Shown here piece by piece: positions 25,211-37,975 of a stretch of DNA of 64,000 nucleotides (its first letter is position 1; each line of letters begins with the position of its first letter). Made by a program: the position numbers and the translations under genes. The notes under the pieces are model-generated. The model was not told the DNA's origin. It did not search any database and saw only the letters and a program-made list of their open reading frames with translations. This DNA comes from Pecten maximus (lineage: Eukaryota), in the NCBI RefSeq assembly GCF_902652985.1, contig NC_047020.1:9610001-9674000 (forward strand), read 5' to 3'.

Positions 25211-26844
25211 GGGGTTGTTTGCTTGTTTGTTTGTTTGTTTGGTATTTTTTTAAACTTTCTGATATATATGACTTAATGTGACTATATTTATTCAATACAT
25301 TTCAAACACCAGCCACACATTTCGTCTATTTATGAATTTGATAGACGCTATATACATAATGTACGTTAATGGAATACGGTTTCAAGGTATTTGCTTCTAA
25401 GTCAATTTGATTAATACGTTTAAAAGATTTATACGACGCGATTTCCAGTTAATGCCAAATATGAAGGTTTTTAACCAGCATCTTTCGTCTGTATATCGGT
25501 ACTCACCGCTTGTTTTTCTTAAGTAGGTTTGCATGTTTGACATGTAGTGATAAGATGCTTGGGTATATGATAACATGCTTTTTCTCCGACATCATGTCCC
25601 GGGATAAATTTCAACGCAAACGAGACATTCATAACTATAATTTATTTTAAAAGACACTTAAATGGACACTGTCGATACGTATAGAAGCAGAAAAGAAAAT
25701 ATCAAATAAATCATAACACGTGGAGGTACCTAAGAATATACAAAATGTACACAAATATAATTGTTTGTGGTACTTTATATGGCACGTCTCAATGACCAAA
25801 CTCAGATATTTTTCGCTTTCTCGCATTGTAAAAACATAAAACCAATACAATTTATTTTGATATTCTTGTTGAGGAGAAAAACACAATTCCTCAGAAAAAT
25901 GTAAATTCTTATTCTGTCTAAGTTGAAGTTGAATGAGCAAATATATAAAAAAAGGTTTACAGGTAAATATTGCTGGTGGACTTTTTAATCCCCGAATCAT
26001 ACTTTTTCTTCACGACTTAAACTATTAGAATGGTTACACGGTTTAGAAAATAGACATGTTATTGTACTAAACACTGTTAATAATGTAAATTAAATATTAC
26101 AAATAATGCAAATCTAAAATTGTAAATTATAAAATATACAGCGGTATGAGTCTTTAGCCCCTCCGTATCAAGACTTTGGTATTTGTTTCGGCCTATTTCG
26201 GTATTTTTAGTATTTTAGTCGACTTCCCTAGAGTCACTGTCGAGTCATTGAAGACTGAATGGACCTATGCGCAGTTATTTTTGGCTACTGTCTTATAAAT
26301 AGTTGTTGAATTTCTCTGGGCTAATATTTCGCAGGTTCTCCAAGTCAGTCATATTTTGTGCGTATCGAATTTTGCACAACCGCGCACTGTACATTTTTTG
26401 CAATAAACACGATACATTTGTTGAATATGTAAATACTCACTGGGTATTTATTTCTTCGCTATATCTAATGACCGCGAGTACAACGAAATTTAATCCTCAT
26501 CGAATATTACCAACTATACAGTAACTCTCCATTTGTTTTAAAAGATATTACATATCATTCATTTCGTGCAATCTTTTGACTGGGCGGATTGTAATAACGA
26601 TGTGTCCAAGAGGAAGTAAACAGAAATAAAAAGGTGCTGTCATATTGCAGCAATAATGATTACAACACTTGATGAAAACCTCTCTTTGGTATCATCAAAC
26701 TACCTTCCAACGGCAACGGAAGGGTGGTATACCGTCACATAACTTTATAGTAGCTAAGTTGTATATCAATAAAGGTTGTTTTTCTACTCCTCAGATATTG
26801 TTGGGATATTCACAAATGCGCCTCCAAAACAAATGTCGTGTTAT

Positions 26845-29800
26845 CTATCCAAGGAAGTTAAAATATGCACTGTTTTCTTTTTGTGTGTGCATATCAATCG
26901 CTTTTACTTCAATCTCCGCACCACCAAACGTAAAAACAACATCCACTCCACGATTCAAACCCTTTGTGGTATCAGGCATTTCAACTATCAAATCCCCGAT
27001 ACTTGTTACCCCCTCTTCAAACACATATATCGGGTCAGGATCTTTCGTGGTGTAAAGTTGAACTGGGAGCTGCTTTTGATCTTTTGCGACTACCACGTAA
27101 CGTCGTGGTTCGCAGCTTAGACCGACCGGAACTGTTTCACCAGCCCGCACGTGCACAGAAAAACCATTCGAGCAGCGTGGGAGTCCATCATCATGGTCTA
27201 AAAACATTAATAGCGGATCATGTAACCCTAGTATGAAGGCGACATTCGCTCCAACACCATAGGTGAATCGGCTGATCCTTTCGGTTACTGCTTCAAGCTC
27301 ATGTCCATTAATGACAGCGCCTATCAGTACAGCCAAACCAGCTTGGTTTGGGATCACGAGCCTCTTGTTAGAAAACCTTCTGGATATTTCATCATGTAGA
27401 ATTGGACATTCGGAAAATCCACCAACCAGGATGATCGCGTCGATGTCCTCTACTTCCGACTTTTTCAACAGGTCCGTGACATGGTCTATGATTTTTCGGA
27501 CGGATGGCTCAAATAATTTTCTGGCAATCTCAGACTTCATACGTAGCTTATCGTTTTTCCATGTCAGATTATTGGCGTAGTCTTTATCGTGTGCAACATG
27601 GTCTTCTACAGATTTTCCCTTATTGCTCTCCTCAAAGATGTCAAGTAAACTACAGGGAAGGGTGAAAGTTATTTTAGAGTCAGACGCAGAATGAATACAT
27701 CTCTTTTTCGTCTCGAAACTCCGTTGAAGTTCCAAAAGGTCTGAAACATGTTGCCGTTTGAATTTGTCAAAAACATCCTGTCCCAAAATGTTGGCCAGCA
27801 GATTTTCGAATTCTGTGTCAACCATAGTTCCACCCCAATCACCGCCATTAGCCATATGAACCTCTTTTAATTGCAGTCCTTCTTCGACCTTGTGAACTGT
27901 AATGTCGACGGTTCCTCCTGAAAACATATTGTACAGGTTTCTAGTTTCAATCCAAAGATACCACCTGGGAGTAATACATTCGGTGTTTACTCATATTACG
28001 ATTATTACATAACTTAAGATAATGCACAATCGTCAAGATCATTTATCCCCAAATAAAAAATGATATCTCGTACAAATATAATTATTGTCCTATCTCCTGC
28101 ATATATGGTGCATAAGAAGCATCTTTTGAAATGCTGTTTGAATAGTGATATAGCAAATCAGAACAGAACTATTTTAAGGTTCATATAAATGGCAATTTCA
28201 GTGATGTTTTACGAGCATAGAAATCAGTTTTCTGGTGAAACAGAACAGAAGTAACTTGACCAATTGTTAATATGTATCATAACTAACCATGGGGCTTGCT
28301 GATGACTTAAAAAAAATAAAAAAATAAAAAAAACAACATAAACATTGTTTCTCTTTGACCTTGAAATGCAAAGGACCGCTGTAAATTATATTGTACAAAC
28401 ATGGCATATACGGAGGCATTTCAATTATTAAGAAAAGCTCATATTTGATACTATTGTAATGTTTTCGAGACAAATATTTAAACAGTGAATTTTGGAGGTT
28501 TTTTTCAGAAATCTGCATATTTTACCTAAAAATCGATCAGTGGTTGAACCATGTTTCCTAAAGACGGGCTTTGTGCTATGTTGAGATTTCCATGTCTAAT
28601 AAGAGCGGTCTTTGTGATTGAAATGTCTCCCTATATGTCATAATTGTTTGCTATTGGTCAAAGCTGCCATTTGCATTTCAAGGTCGAAAAAGAATGAATG
28701 TTTATGCTTTTATAAAGTCAAATCTTGTCAAACAAACACTCGCATTACCTACTATAGGCTCGTGTGAGCATAAAGGTATGGTTATCATGGCAATACATTG
28801 CATGTCTTAACTACATAAGCTTTCTCCAATTTTAGCTGAAACCATTTGTGTACGTATTGTTGTTTGGTTATCAGGGGATAGGGTATCAGACGAATTATCA
28901 TAGCGTACCTCCCATATCCAGTACCATGTATTTGGCCCCTGGTTTGAAGATTGACACGTTGCCTTCCTGTCCGACAGCCAGATCGCTGACTGGGAGGTAT
29001 TTGCAGTACAGTGCGGCGGCCTCAGCCTCCAGTGCCATCACAAGTTGTGCACCAGGTATTCCTGCCTGTAACAAGACACAGCTGTTTGCATCGATGTTAA
29101 CCAAGATTTAACTTAGACAAAACAACACGGACAAATACTATTAGACAGAAAAATACAAAAAACATCATGAAAAAGTAAGCTTTAGTGCGACCGACTCCGA
29201 TTGTTTTTATATCAATCTTTAACGTTCTTTATTAATCTACATAAATTGAGATCACAAGTTCACACGCAATCGTTACAGCTACTCTTTTAAAATGAAAGTA
29301 ACTGTTATAAGAAATGAGCAAAATGAATGCATTAATTTGAGTTAATGTAAGCAACATAAGAGAAATCAACCTAAAGATTCGGAATTAGCGCATTTCGTGT
29401 TTGATTTGTTGAAATATCATTTCAATACCATTATGACAACATACTGGTAATTACTGTGTAATCAGTAAATATAAAAATGTCATCTTTAGGATGTTGTTTA
29501 TCAGGGACACGCTAATATATAAGATCCTGTGACGGAATATGTGTCACTATAAAATGGTAGATACACAACACACAACGTAGGCACCTTTTCAGCAGACTCC
29601 CTCATGAACTGCTTGGCCTTATCGCTCCAGATAGCTGGCATCGTCAGTACCCAACGGATATCCGACATCAAGACCTGTGTACCTCTCTCTTGACATTTTG
29701 CCAATAAATGTTCTTTCAGAAATTGGATAGAGCTAGAAAACACCTTCATCGCCAGCATCTCTCTTCCATTCTGATCTCTTATCTTCATAGTTCGGGAAAT

Positions 29801-29897
29801 GTTCTGAATAACAATTACAAAGACCATTATACACGCATGACTAAACGTGATCGGCGTAGTCATACGGTCGTAATCTCATCTATATTTCAAAGTCAGT

Positions 29898-29930
<33 letters not shown>

Positions 29931-31878
29931 GAGTGACTGAGTGAATGACTGGCCGACTGACTGACTGACTAACTAACTAACTAACTTATAGGTATTAAAC
30001 GAGATATGTTTCCTTCCGTATGATATTTACTGGGCAACAAGGGAAAATTAAAAACAAACAGTTACCTGCTGTTCGTAAAGACTCATTTTGAATCGTCGAA
30101 AAAAATACCAGGACCCATGTTTCTGTGTTTCAAGCAGATCAGCGTATTTATCTTCTGCATCGAATCCAAATGAATGGAAACTACCATCCGGTTTAAACAG
30201 AATGCACGTGGACGTCTTCAGAGAGAGGAGATTGCCGGATCCAGCAGTCCAGGTCATATTGGATACTTTCAATGGTGATAGTTTATATTCAAATTGTGTC
30301 GAAAACGCATACCCAGAGAAGGTTGTCCCAAAGTCGATAGCAGCAGCCAGGATGTACGGCATATCTTTCATATTCTTCTTCTGAAAATAGATATCGTTAT
30401 CGAGTTAACACGTGCAGGACGGGTATATGTATGCATGGTGTGTTATGTTTATATACTAAATGAGGTATGACATAATAGAAGATGTCTTATTTGTTATCTT
30501 ATCATACCTCTACTTTTCCAATCGTAACCGAGCAAATCTATATTCTTTTGTTCATATTTTGTCTTAAGTTTATCGATTTTGAGTTAGCATCTCTGTTTCC
30601 TTTTGTCGGTATTCTCTCTTGTTTTGAGTTAGCATCTCTGTTTCCTTTTGTCGGTATTCTCTCTTGTTTCGGTAAGTATTTGTTCCGTATAATTCAATAA
30701 CTAATATTTCAATTTCTACTCAAGTTGGACTCGATGAAACTACCAAACTTAATCTGTTTCATTTGCTCATGAATTTGACCAGATTAACACTGATCAGTGC
30801 GTATGAATACATGGTTAAAATCCTTCCGCGGAACTATTTCACTTTTTCTACATTGTTGTTATAAACATGGATTAATTATTAAAATTATCAAATTTATAAT
30901 GTATTCTTGTATTTTATGAAAGACCAGATATGCTAGATACTTTTTTTTGACAAAATAATGCTGTTTTTAATCCTAAAATTGCGGACTATTTTACTCGTCC
31001 GACAAGACATGCACAATCCGGAACTCCTCGGGCTTTTCCGCATTTAGACTTGCACAGACTACAAGATATTAATATTTAGACCGACTTTTTTATTCGAAAA
31101 AAAAAACAATTGAAATATAAGGATTGAATCTAGATTTGGTCGATTTCATGGGGTCATGAATTGAGTTGCTCTTGAGACAAATTCAACATGAACTGCTTTG
31201 CAGTTCATTAAATTTGCCTCAAGAGCAACTCAATTCATGACCCCATGAAATCGACCAAATCAAGATTCAATCCTTAAATATAATTACCAGAGAATGCCAT
31301 GTAAGATTGACATTTGATTGAGCAAACAAAACATCCTATTTTGTAAGCAAACTTACATATATCGTACGTACCTGTACGCTGAAGGGAGGATCGCTACACC
31401 ACATGGTTTATATTTACCTGTACGCTGAAGGGAGGATCGCTACATCACATGGTTTATATTTACCTGTACGCTGAGGGGAGGATCGCTACATCACATGGTT
31501 TATATTTACCTGTACACTGAGAGTAGGAGGGCTACATCACATGGTTTATATTTACCTGTACACTGAGGGGAGGATCGCTACATCACATGGTTTATATTTA
31601 CCTGTAGGCTGAGGGGAGGAGAGCTACATCACATGGTTTATATTTACCTGTAGGCTGAGGGGAGGATCGCTACATTACATGGTTTATATTTACCTGTACA
31701 CTGAGGGTAGGAGGGCTACATCACATGGTTTATATTTACCTGTAGGCTGAGGGGAGGAGAGCTACATCAAATGGTTTATATTCACCTGTACGCCGAGTCT
31801 AGTAGCATCTATACAACCAGGAGGTTTGTAGCTGGTCTTTGGATCGGGTTGTAGGCGTTTTGGTTTCTTAGTTGCCAT
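26845..31878 (-). CDS. HSPA12: HSPA12-like copy 2, ~618 aa, intact
   Basis: Exons 31786-31878 (MATKKPKR..., predicted), 30066-30380 (AIDFGTTFSGY), 29585-29803, 28909-29065, 26845-27917. All boundaries are GT-AG and the total of 1857 nt is in frame. Confidence 0.92.
28335..28710. mobile_element. Old palindromic MITE-like element in the last intron of HSPA12 copy 2
   Basis: cataaacattgtttctctttgaccttgaaatgcaaa (~28336) pairs with tttgcatttcaaggtcgaaaaagaatgaatgtttatg (~28670-28706); imperfect symmetry continues inward. Confidence 0.65.
29897..29986. repeat. (AACT)n/(GACT)n microsatellite in an intron
   Basis: Directly visible tetranucleotide runs. Confidence 0.9.
31118..31276. mobile_element. 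Near-perfect 159-bp palindrome (foldback MITE-like) in intron 1 of HSPA12 copy 2
   Basis: taaggattgaatctagatttggtcgatttcatggggtcatgaattgagttgctcttgag...gaactgc-ttt-gcagttc...ctcaagagcaactcaattcatgaccccatgaaatcgaccaaatcaagattcaatcctta. Confidence 0.85.
31369..31790. repeat. 46-bp tandem repeat (9 units) built from the exon 1/intron 1 junction of HSPA12 copy 2
   Basis: Unit tacctgtacgctgaggggaggatcgctacatcacatggtttatatt; on the minus strand each unit carries TACAG|GTAAAT. Confidence 0.9.
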
Positions 31879-33096
31879 TTCTCTTTCTGTTCCTTACAAT
31901 ATAAAGGACACAGCACACAGCAAAATGATTTAGACATTCCATTAAGGGGGTAAAAAAGCAACCTTGTGATCTTAACACTGTAAATGCTATTTAATCTATA
32001 TACTGTAGCATCGCCACTAGCTTAACAAAAATATCGCCGCATATTAATGAACTTACTAAAGCATTCCACAACAGTATGCGTTGCTTAACATGATCGAAAA
32101 GAAATATATTTCGTAAAGATAAACGACAAAGTTTCTTAATGGTTTATTACCTTTTATGTGGGGAATGCTGAAATAGTGTACTTGGAATATACCTTGAAAA
32201 TACTGAAGGATAATTGTGTATTGGTATCTATGTCAGGTGGTTTTTATGGTTTACTGGAACCTTTTATACGGAGGCATTTCAACAATACCACTAGCGTAAC
32301 TATACCAGTAAAAGGAGAAATGGTTGTATCAGTTATCTTTATAATTCTGACCCCGGCACAAAAAAAACATTTAGGCAATATTATTTAGAAGGACAGAGAT
32401 TACCAAAGTTACCACTTACAACTTTCAAGTCCGTGGGATTTAAGCAGATATTATTACATATTTTTGCCTGAATATTTAGGGTTTCTTATTAATGAAGTGT
32501 TACCTGCTACTTAGGCAAAAAAATTCCGGATTTACTTATCAGGCACCTTTATTTATAAAAAAAAAAAACAATCGTGATTTAACTCAAATGCCTATTTGTT
32601 GATTTCATGTAGATTTTCATTTGTAGAAGTTATGTGATGTACACGTGCAGTGTCAGCGGTGAGGTCAACAAAAAAAACAAAAAAAAAAAAACAGGAAAAA
32701 ATACCGAGATAATTATTTTTCACTTAAAATGTTCAAAATAGTGAATGCACTATAGTCTATTGTCGCGTAATCTACCATTATTAATATGGAGAAGGATAAA
32801 TTACGTGTTACAATTCTTCTTTTAAATAAGGACACAGGGTACCTGAAACGCCACTGTGTGCTGCTTTAGAATGAAATCAATTCATTTGTTGATATGTTTA
32901 CACACCTCTGTACTGATCTGGTGTATACAATATATCTAAATGCAATGTTGTTAACAAAACGCATACGTACTATATAGTTGGCTTGGATAATAAATCAGTA
33001 TACAGTAAAGGACACACACAAGACCACCATGGATTGTGTTGCAAACTAAATAGGCATACGTGAACGAACCAATAATGTAAATAAATCAACCAGCAA

Positions 33097-33236
33097 GTAC
33101 TATGATGGGAAGACGACTTACTATGTTATGTTGTCGAGATCTGTACTATGATGGGAAGACGACTTACTATGTTATGTTGTCGAGATCTGTACTATGATGG
33201 GAAGACGACTTACTATGTTATGTTGTCGAGATCTGT
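33097..33236. repeat. 46-bp tandem triplication
   Basis: gtactatgatgggaagacgacttactatgttatgttgtcgagatct x3, identical copies. Confidence 0.9.
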
Positions 33237-33858
33237 CAGACAGGTTTTCCTCCGGGTATGGTTCACGAAAAGAAAACATGAAAAATGTGAAGCCTCCTAC
33301 GTTTGATATATCAATGTAAAATCGTTTGTGAATGTCTGTTAAAGGTTTGAACTTCCTGGTTAAGTTCTAGGTATTCCGGGTACTAAATATATACCTAGTA
33401 TGTATCAATATACATGAGCACAATATGTAAATATTGATCAAATTGCTAGTTAGATAACTGGATGTTTGTTAACATTAAAATTACCCATTTTTCATATATG
33501 ACATTAATTTCATTTCCAGAAGCGATATCGAAAATTTTGTAACTGGGAATTTAGGTTAGATTTAAGCTGAGTTAGATTTAAGTTAAGGAGTATATTGAAA
33601 TCGATCAAACATGGACAGGTACACGTATTGACTTGAGACCCTACATATCAGTTAACAAATCACAGGTCACGTGAACATAATCGATGTCGGTCTCTGTTGG
33701 GTTTCCAAGGTGGGCCCACAGAACGCTGTAAATGTTATCAATATGTAGACCAAGTTACTATTAGGACTGTGTTCATTTGTAAAGAAATGTGTACACAGAT
33801 ATTTTGTGAGAAACCAATACGTCAGGAGATCCACGTCGTCTTCTACGACCACCGTGTG

Positions 33859-34460
33859 GTGAGATACAGTGGGCTTTGTTGTGTATAGAGTGAGATACAG
33901 CGGGCCTTATTGTTTATAGAGTGAGATACAGCGGGCCTTATTGTTTATAGAGTGAGATACAGTGGGCCTTATTGTTTATAGAGTGAGATACAGCGGGCCT
34001 TATTGTTGATAGAGTGAGATACAGCGGACTTTATTGTTTATAGAGTGAGATACAGCGGGCCCTATTGTTTATAGAGTGAGATACAGCGGGCCTTTCTGTT
34101 TATAGAGTGAATACAGAGGGCCTTATTGTTTATAGAGTGAGATACAGCGGGCTTTATTGTTGATATAGTGAGATACAGCGGGCCTTATTGTTTATAGAGT
34201 GAGATACAGCGGGCCTTATTGTTTATAGAGTGAGATACAGCGGGCCTTTCTGTTTATAGAGTGAATACAGCGAGCCTTATTGTTTACAGAGTGAGATACA
34301 GCGGGCCTTAGTGTTTATAGAGTGAGATACAGTGGGCCTTATTGTTTATAGAATGAGATACAGCGGGCCTTATTGTTTATAGAGTGAGATACAGCGGGCC
34401 TTATTGTTGATAGAGTGAGATACAGCGGGCCTTATTGCTTATAGTGTGAGATACAGCAGA
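33859..34460. repeat. Minisatellite, 31-bp unit (agtgagatacagcgggccttattgtttatag), ~19 copies
   Basis: Directly visible. Confidence 0.95.
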
Positions 34461-35978
34461 CCAGCATTAGTTAACATAGTTATGAGTTTATGTGTTGAAG
34501 ACATAAATGCTGTACTTTCTATGGGTTTTACTATATTTACTGAATCATGCCAGGTGAACAGAGACAGCCCTACATCAATATATTTGCTATGTACTAAATC
34601 GTTACACAGCAGTCGGCGGGTATACGGACGAAGTATTGCTGATTAAAGATAAACAACAAAGTTTACACAATTTGGTTTTCACTGAAATGAGATAAGGAAA
34701 TCAATCACCAGGTACTTGAAATACCCATTGATTACCATGTATACGAGTGATGCATTGCAACCGTTTAAGTCCTCTGTATACAAAGGAAAGCCGTTGGTTT
34801 ATTAAAAAGCCGATTTGTAGCATCCGTGACCGATGATGTAACTTTACGGTCATTTAATGAAATACATATAAATAAACAAAATTTTCACAAATAAGAATTT
34901 TTATAAAAAAAAAAAATATGTTATAGATGTAAGGTTGTGTGTTTGATGCTTGTTGATACGCCCTATACTTCCTCATTTTGAGGATGTGATGTACAGTAAC
35001 CGATAGGTTAACTTTCTTTGGCGAGTGTCGTCGCTGATGAAGAAGTCTACTACACTTCCCGGACATGTTCTTATTCTTTTCGAATATTTGTAGGAGACTT
35101 CATGCAAATCTATATTTGCGTTGGTATTTTGACCTCGTTTAATCAATTTTGAGCTGACATTATATTTTGTTATTATGTCGGTATTCGCTGTTATTGTTGT
35201 GTATATTGTTGCCCACACAATGAGTAATCTTCATTGTCTATAAATATGAATATGAAGCAGAGTAAAGCAAACGCTACACTGTCATACCGTGGTATTCAAG
35301 CATGACCACCAAATATTTACTGCCGTTTTGGTTAACAATGCAGCGTTAAAAATGTATTTGAAACATACATAATTCTTATATGTTCATTGAATTCATGCAG
35401 TTTAAGTTGATATGGTTTTTTTTCTGTACACACCAGTTCCTTTATTAGAAATTATCACGATTTCAAATATTTACTGACGTGTTTTATCAGAAGCTCCTGG
35501 TTGGTACAGATTTAGTTTCAGCTTCCAAGTCCCGACCGCATCCAATGTGTGCTTCCAATTGGCACTAGGATAGCTAAGAATGCGATACATGTGTGGTGAA
35601 GAATGGCAGGCAGGCTAATTACCAGGACATTAAATCTGTATTTACTACAGAACTATACTGACTTTTTCTACATCAATGCTATTATTTACCTGCACATGAT
35701 CTGTGGTTATTTATTTCATTTTATTGCATCTCCGTAAAGTAGAAAACCCGTTTCCTTGTTGTAAAATTTGGTTGTTAAGACGTTCCGTTTAGGACATAGC
35801 ATCACCTTGTACAATTGATGAGCTTTAAGATTATACATCGTCAGTATAATTTATGGGTATTTCATCTGTGTCTCCACATCTATCAATATATCATAATACA
35901 TTTCTGACATCCCATTTGGTATGTATTGTATTTAATGTATATGACGTCATGGATAAATACTTAGTGTCTACGTTATAC

Positions 35979-36270
35979 CTTCTAGTCATACCGAGACATC
36001 TTAAAGCGTCTGATGAAAGTCGTGGATTTCTTCATCAATCAGTGTAGCGTAATTGTCTTCAGCTTCAAATCCGAAACTGTAAAACGTTTGATCTGGTTTG
36101 AGGAGGACACGATTAAATTCATGGTGTTCGGTTCACCCGACCCAGCCTGTCACATGACAGTGCAAATTTTCAGTGCAGATTATTTTGTAGTCACATTTAC
36201 TGGAGAAGGAATATCCAGAAAATGTTGAACCGAGGTCCATGCCAGCAGCCAGTGTATACAAGGTATCATA
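35979..36270 (-). pseudogene. Decayed HSPA12 exon (N-terminal ATPase phosphate-1 exon) relic
   Basis: Translates to YTLAAGMDLGSTFSGYSFSSKCDYK and, in another frame, KPDQTFYSFGFEAEDNYATLID; retains the homologous donor AAG|GTATAA at 35979; contains stops and frameshifts; downstream exons not recognised. Confidence 0.8.
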
Positions 36271-37681
36271 GGCACATAAATAAAAATCGTCATCAAGGTA
36301 GGGCTTATGATTCGTGTTCGATTTTTTACTTCTTGACATGTAATATACCGCATGTATTGCATTTCACATCGCGCAACCAAACACGTTACATGCAAATGAT
36401 TACCGTTCTCGATTTATGTCTTTAAACAATTTTCAATAAGAATGGTATTTAAAAAGTATCGTCAACAATGCCATACCTTACATTGGTTATGCATATTGAA
36501 TGTAGTTAATAATAATGTAGTTAATGTCAAATACACACAGGTAATGTTATATGTAATGCATATCAAATCAAATGTACCTACCGACTGTGATATGTAATTA
36601 AAGTCAAATACACACACAGACTGAAAGGGTATATTATAAGTGTTTTGTGATATAACTGAAGCTTTTGACAAAGTCATCGTGGTCATGTATGTAAATTAAA
36701 CAAAAATACGGCATATCTGGTAATTTTTAGTGGAGGTGTCATGTTAATAATATTTACAACAAGGCAAGTAAACGGCTGAATTTATTACGTTTGTTGAAGC
36801 ATAAAGTGAAGTGGATAGGAAATCCCCTGGGATAATTGCACTATTGGTAAATCTAATTTATTAGAATCTGTACATGCATGGACAAATTTGAATATAGGCG
36901 TCATAAGTACAAATTAATTTTATTTTACAAAATTATAAATCAATTTACCCCTGATTATTGGTTTGATATCATTTTGACAATGAGGATATCATCAGCACAA
37001 TACCCAATACATGACGTAAGTTAAATATTCTTTTGTGTCGCTTAAGAAATAATGCAAGAGACTTGAATCATCATAAACTTATAAATCATTTTATCCCTGA
37101 TCGAAGTGCCTGTGGTTCACCCAACTTGTCCTAATTTCTCTAATTCTATGTAAATACAAGATATTTAATTCATTAAATTCATGACGGTTTTGGTTATTCT
37201 AGTTCAATCATATCAACGTCAATGATATACTAGATATCGTTACATTGTTTGCGTCAAGCAGTAATCAATTGTGACGTCATAATAAGAACAATGACGTTAC
37301 GTCATAAATTGAAAATCTAATGAAAAGGTAATCCAAAATATCTCATTATATTGTAAAGATAATTAAGTGGGGGTATATATATGGTATTTGAATATGACAT
37401 GAATATTACTTGAGTCTAGAGACCTGCAAATCCTACTAGCAGATCTTACAAATCTGTCATTGTAATTGTTTTCCAAAATACGAACACCCTAGAATAGTTG
37501 CTCAACTAGTTTGGCTATAATGTACAATTAGTGTACTTAACCCAAATAGGTCAACATTGTATACGTGCCGATATGTCTCGATTATACATTGTTACACCAT
37601 TATAGAAATGGTCAGTTAAGGTAAATCTTAAACACAAAAAGTCATTTGTTATCATCCTGTTTGGGATGCATCAAAATCATT

Positions 37682-37975
37682 GCCAATTCCAATTGCTACT
37701 GGCTATATATCTTTCTGTAACTTGTCCGTCAGTCGTAACAATATCATGAACAATATTGACCATTTCTGGGGTTGCAACAGTCACAGGCCTTCCAGGACAC
37801 GGGTCATCCTCAAGGCTCTTTCGGCCGCGCATAAATTCCGCCGCCCATTTTTCATTGTAGCATATGAAAGGGCATCCTTCCTCAGTGTTGCTACCATATC
37901 AGTATGGCTATCCTGAGGTGTTAAACCTTTGTGATGCAAATATAGGATCACTGCTCTTTCACCGATTTTGTCCAT
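37682..37975 (-). mobile_element. Tc1/mariner (mariner-type) transposase N-terminal fragment
   Basis: MDKIGERAVILYLHHKGLTPQDSHTDMVATLRKDALSYAT then, after a frameshift, KWAAEFMRGRKSLEDDPCPGRPVTVATPEMVNIVHDIV: the typical mariner HTH region. No DDD catalytic domain follows. Confidence 0.85.

Noticed and set aside
30508-30700. Extra coding exon of HSPA12 copy 2 containing a 45-bp duplication
   Set aside because: A donor-like site exists at 30508, but all three frames hit stops and there is no good acceptor.
17385-33236. Common origin for several 46-47-bp repeats
   Set aside because: The unit sequences are unrelated, so the similar length looks coincidental.
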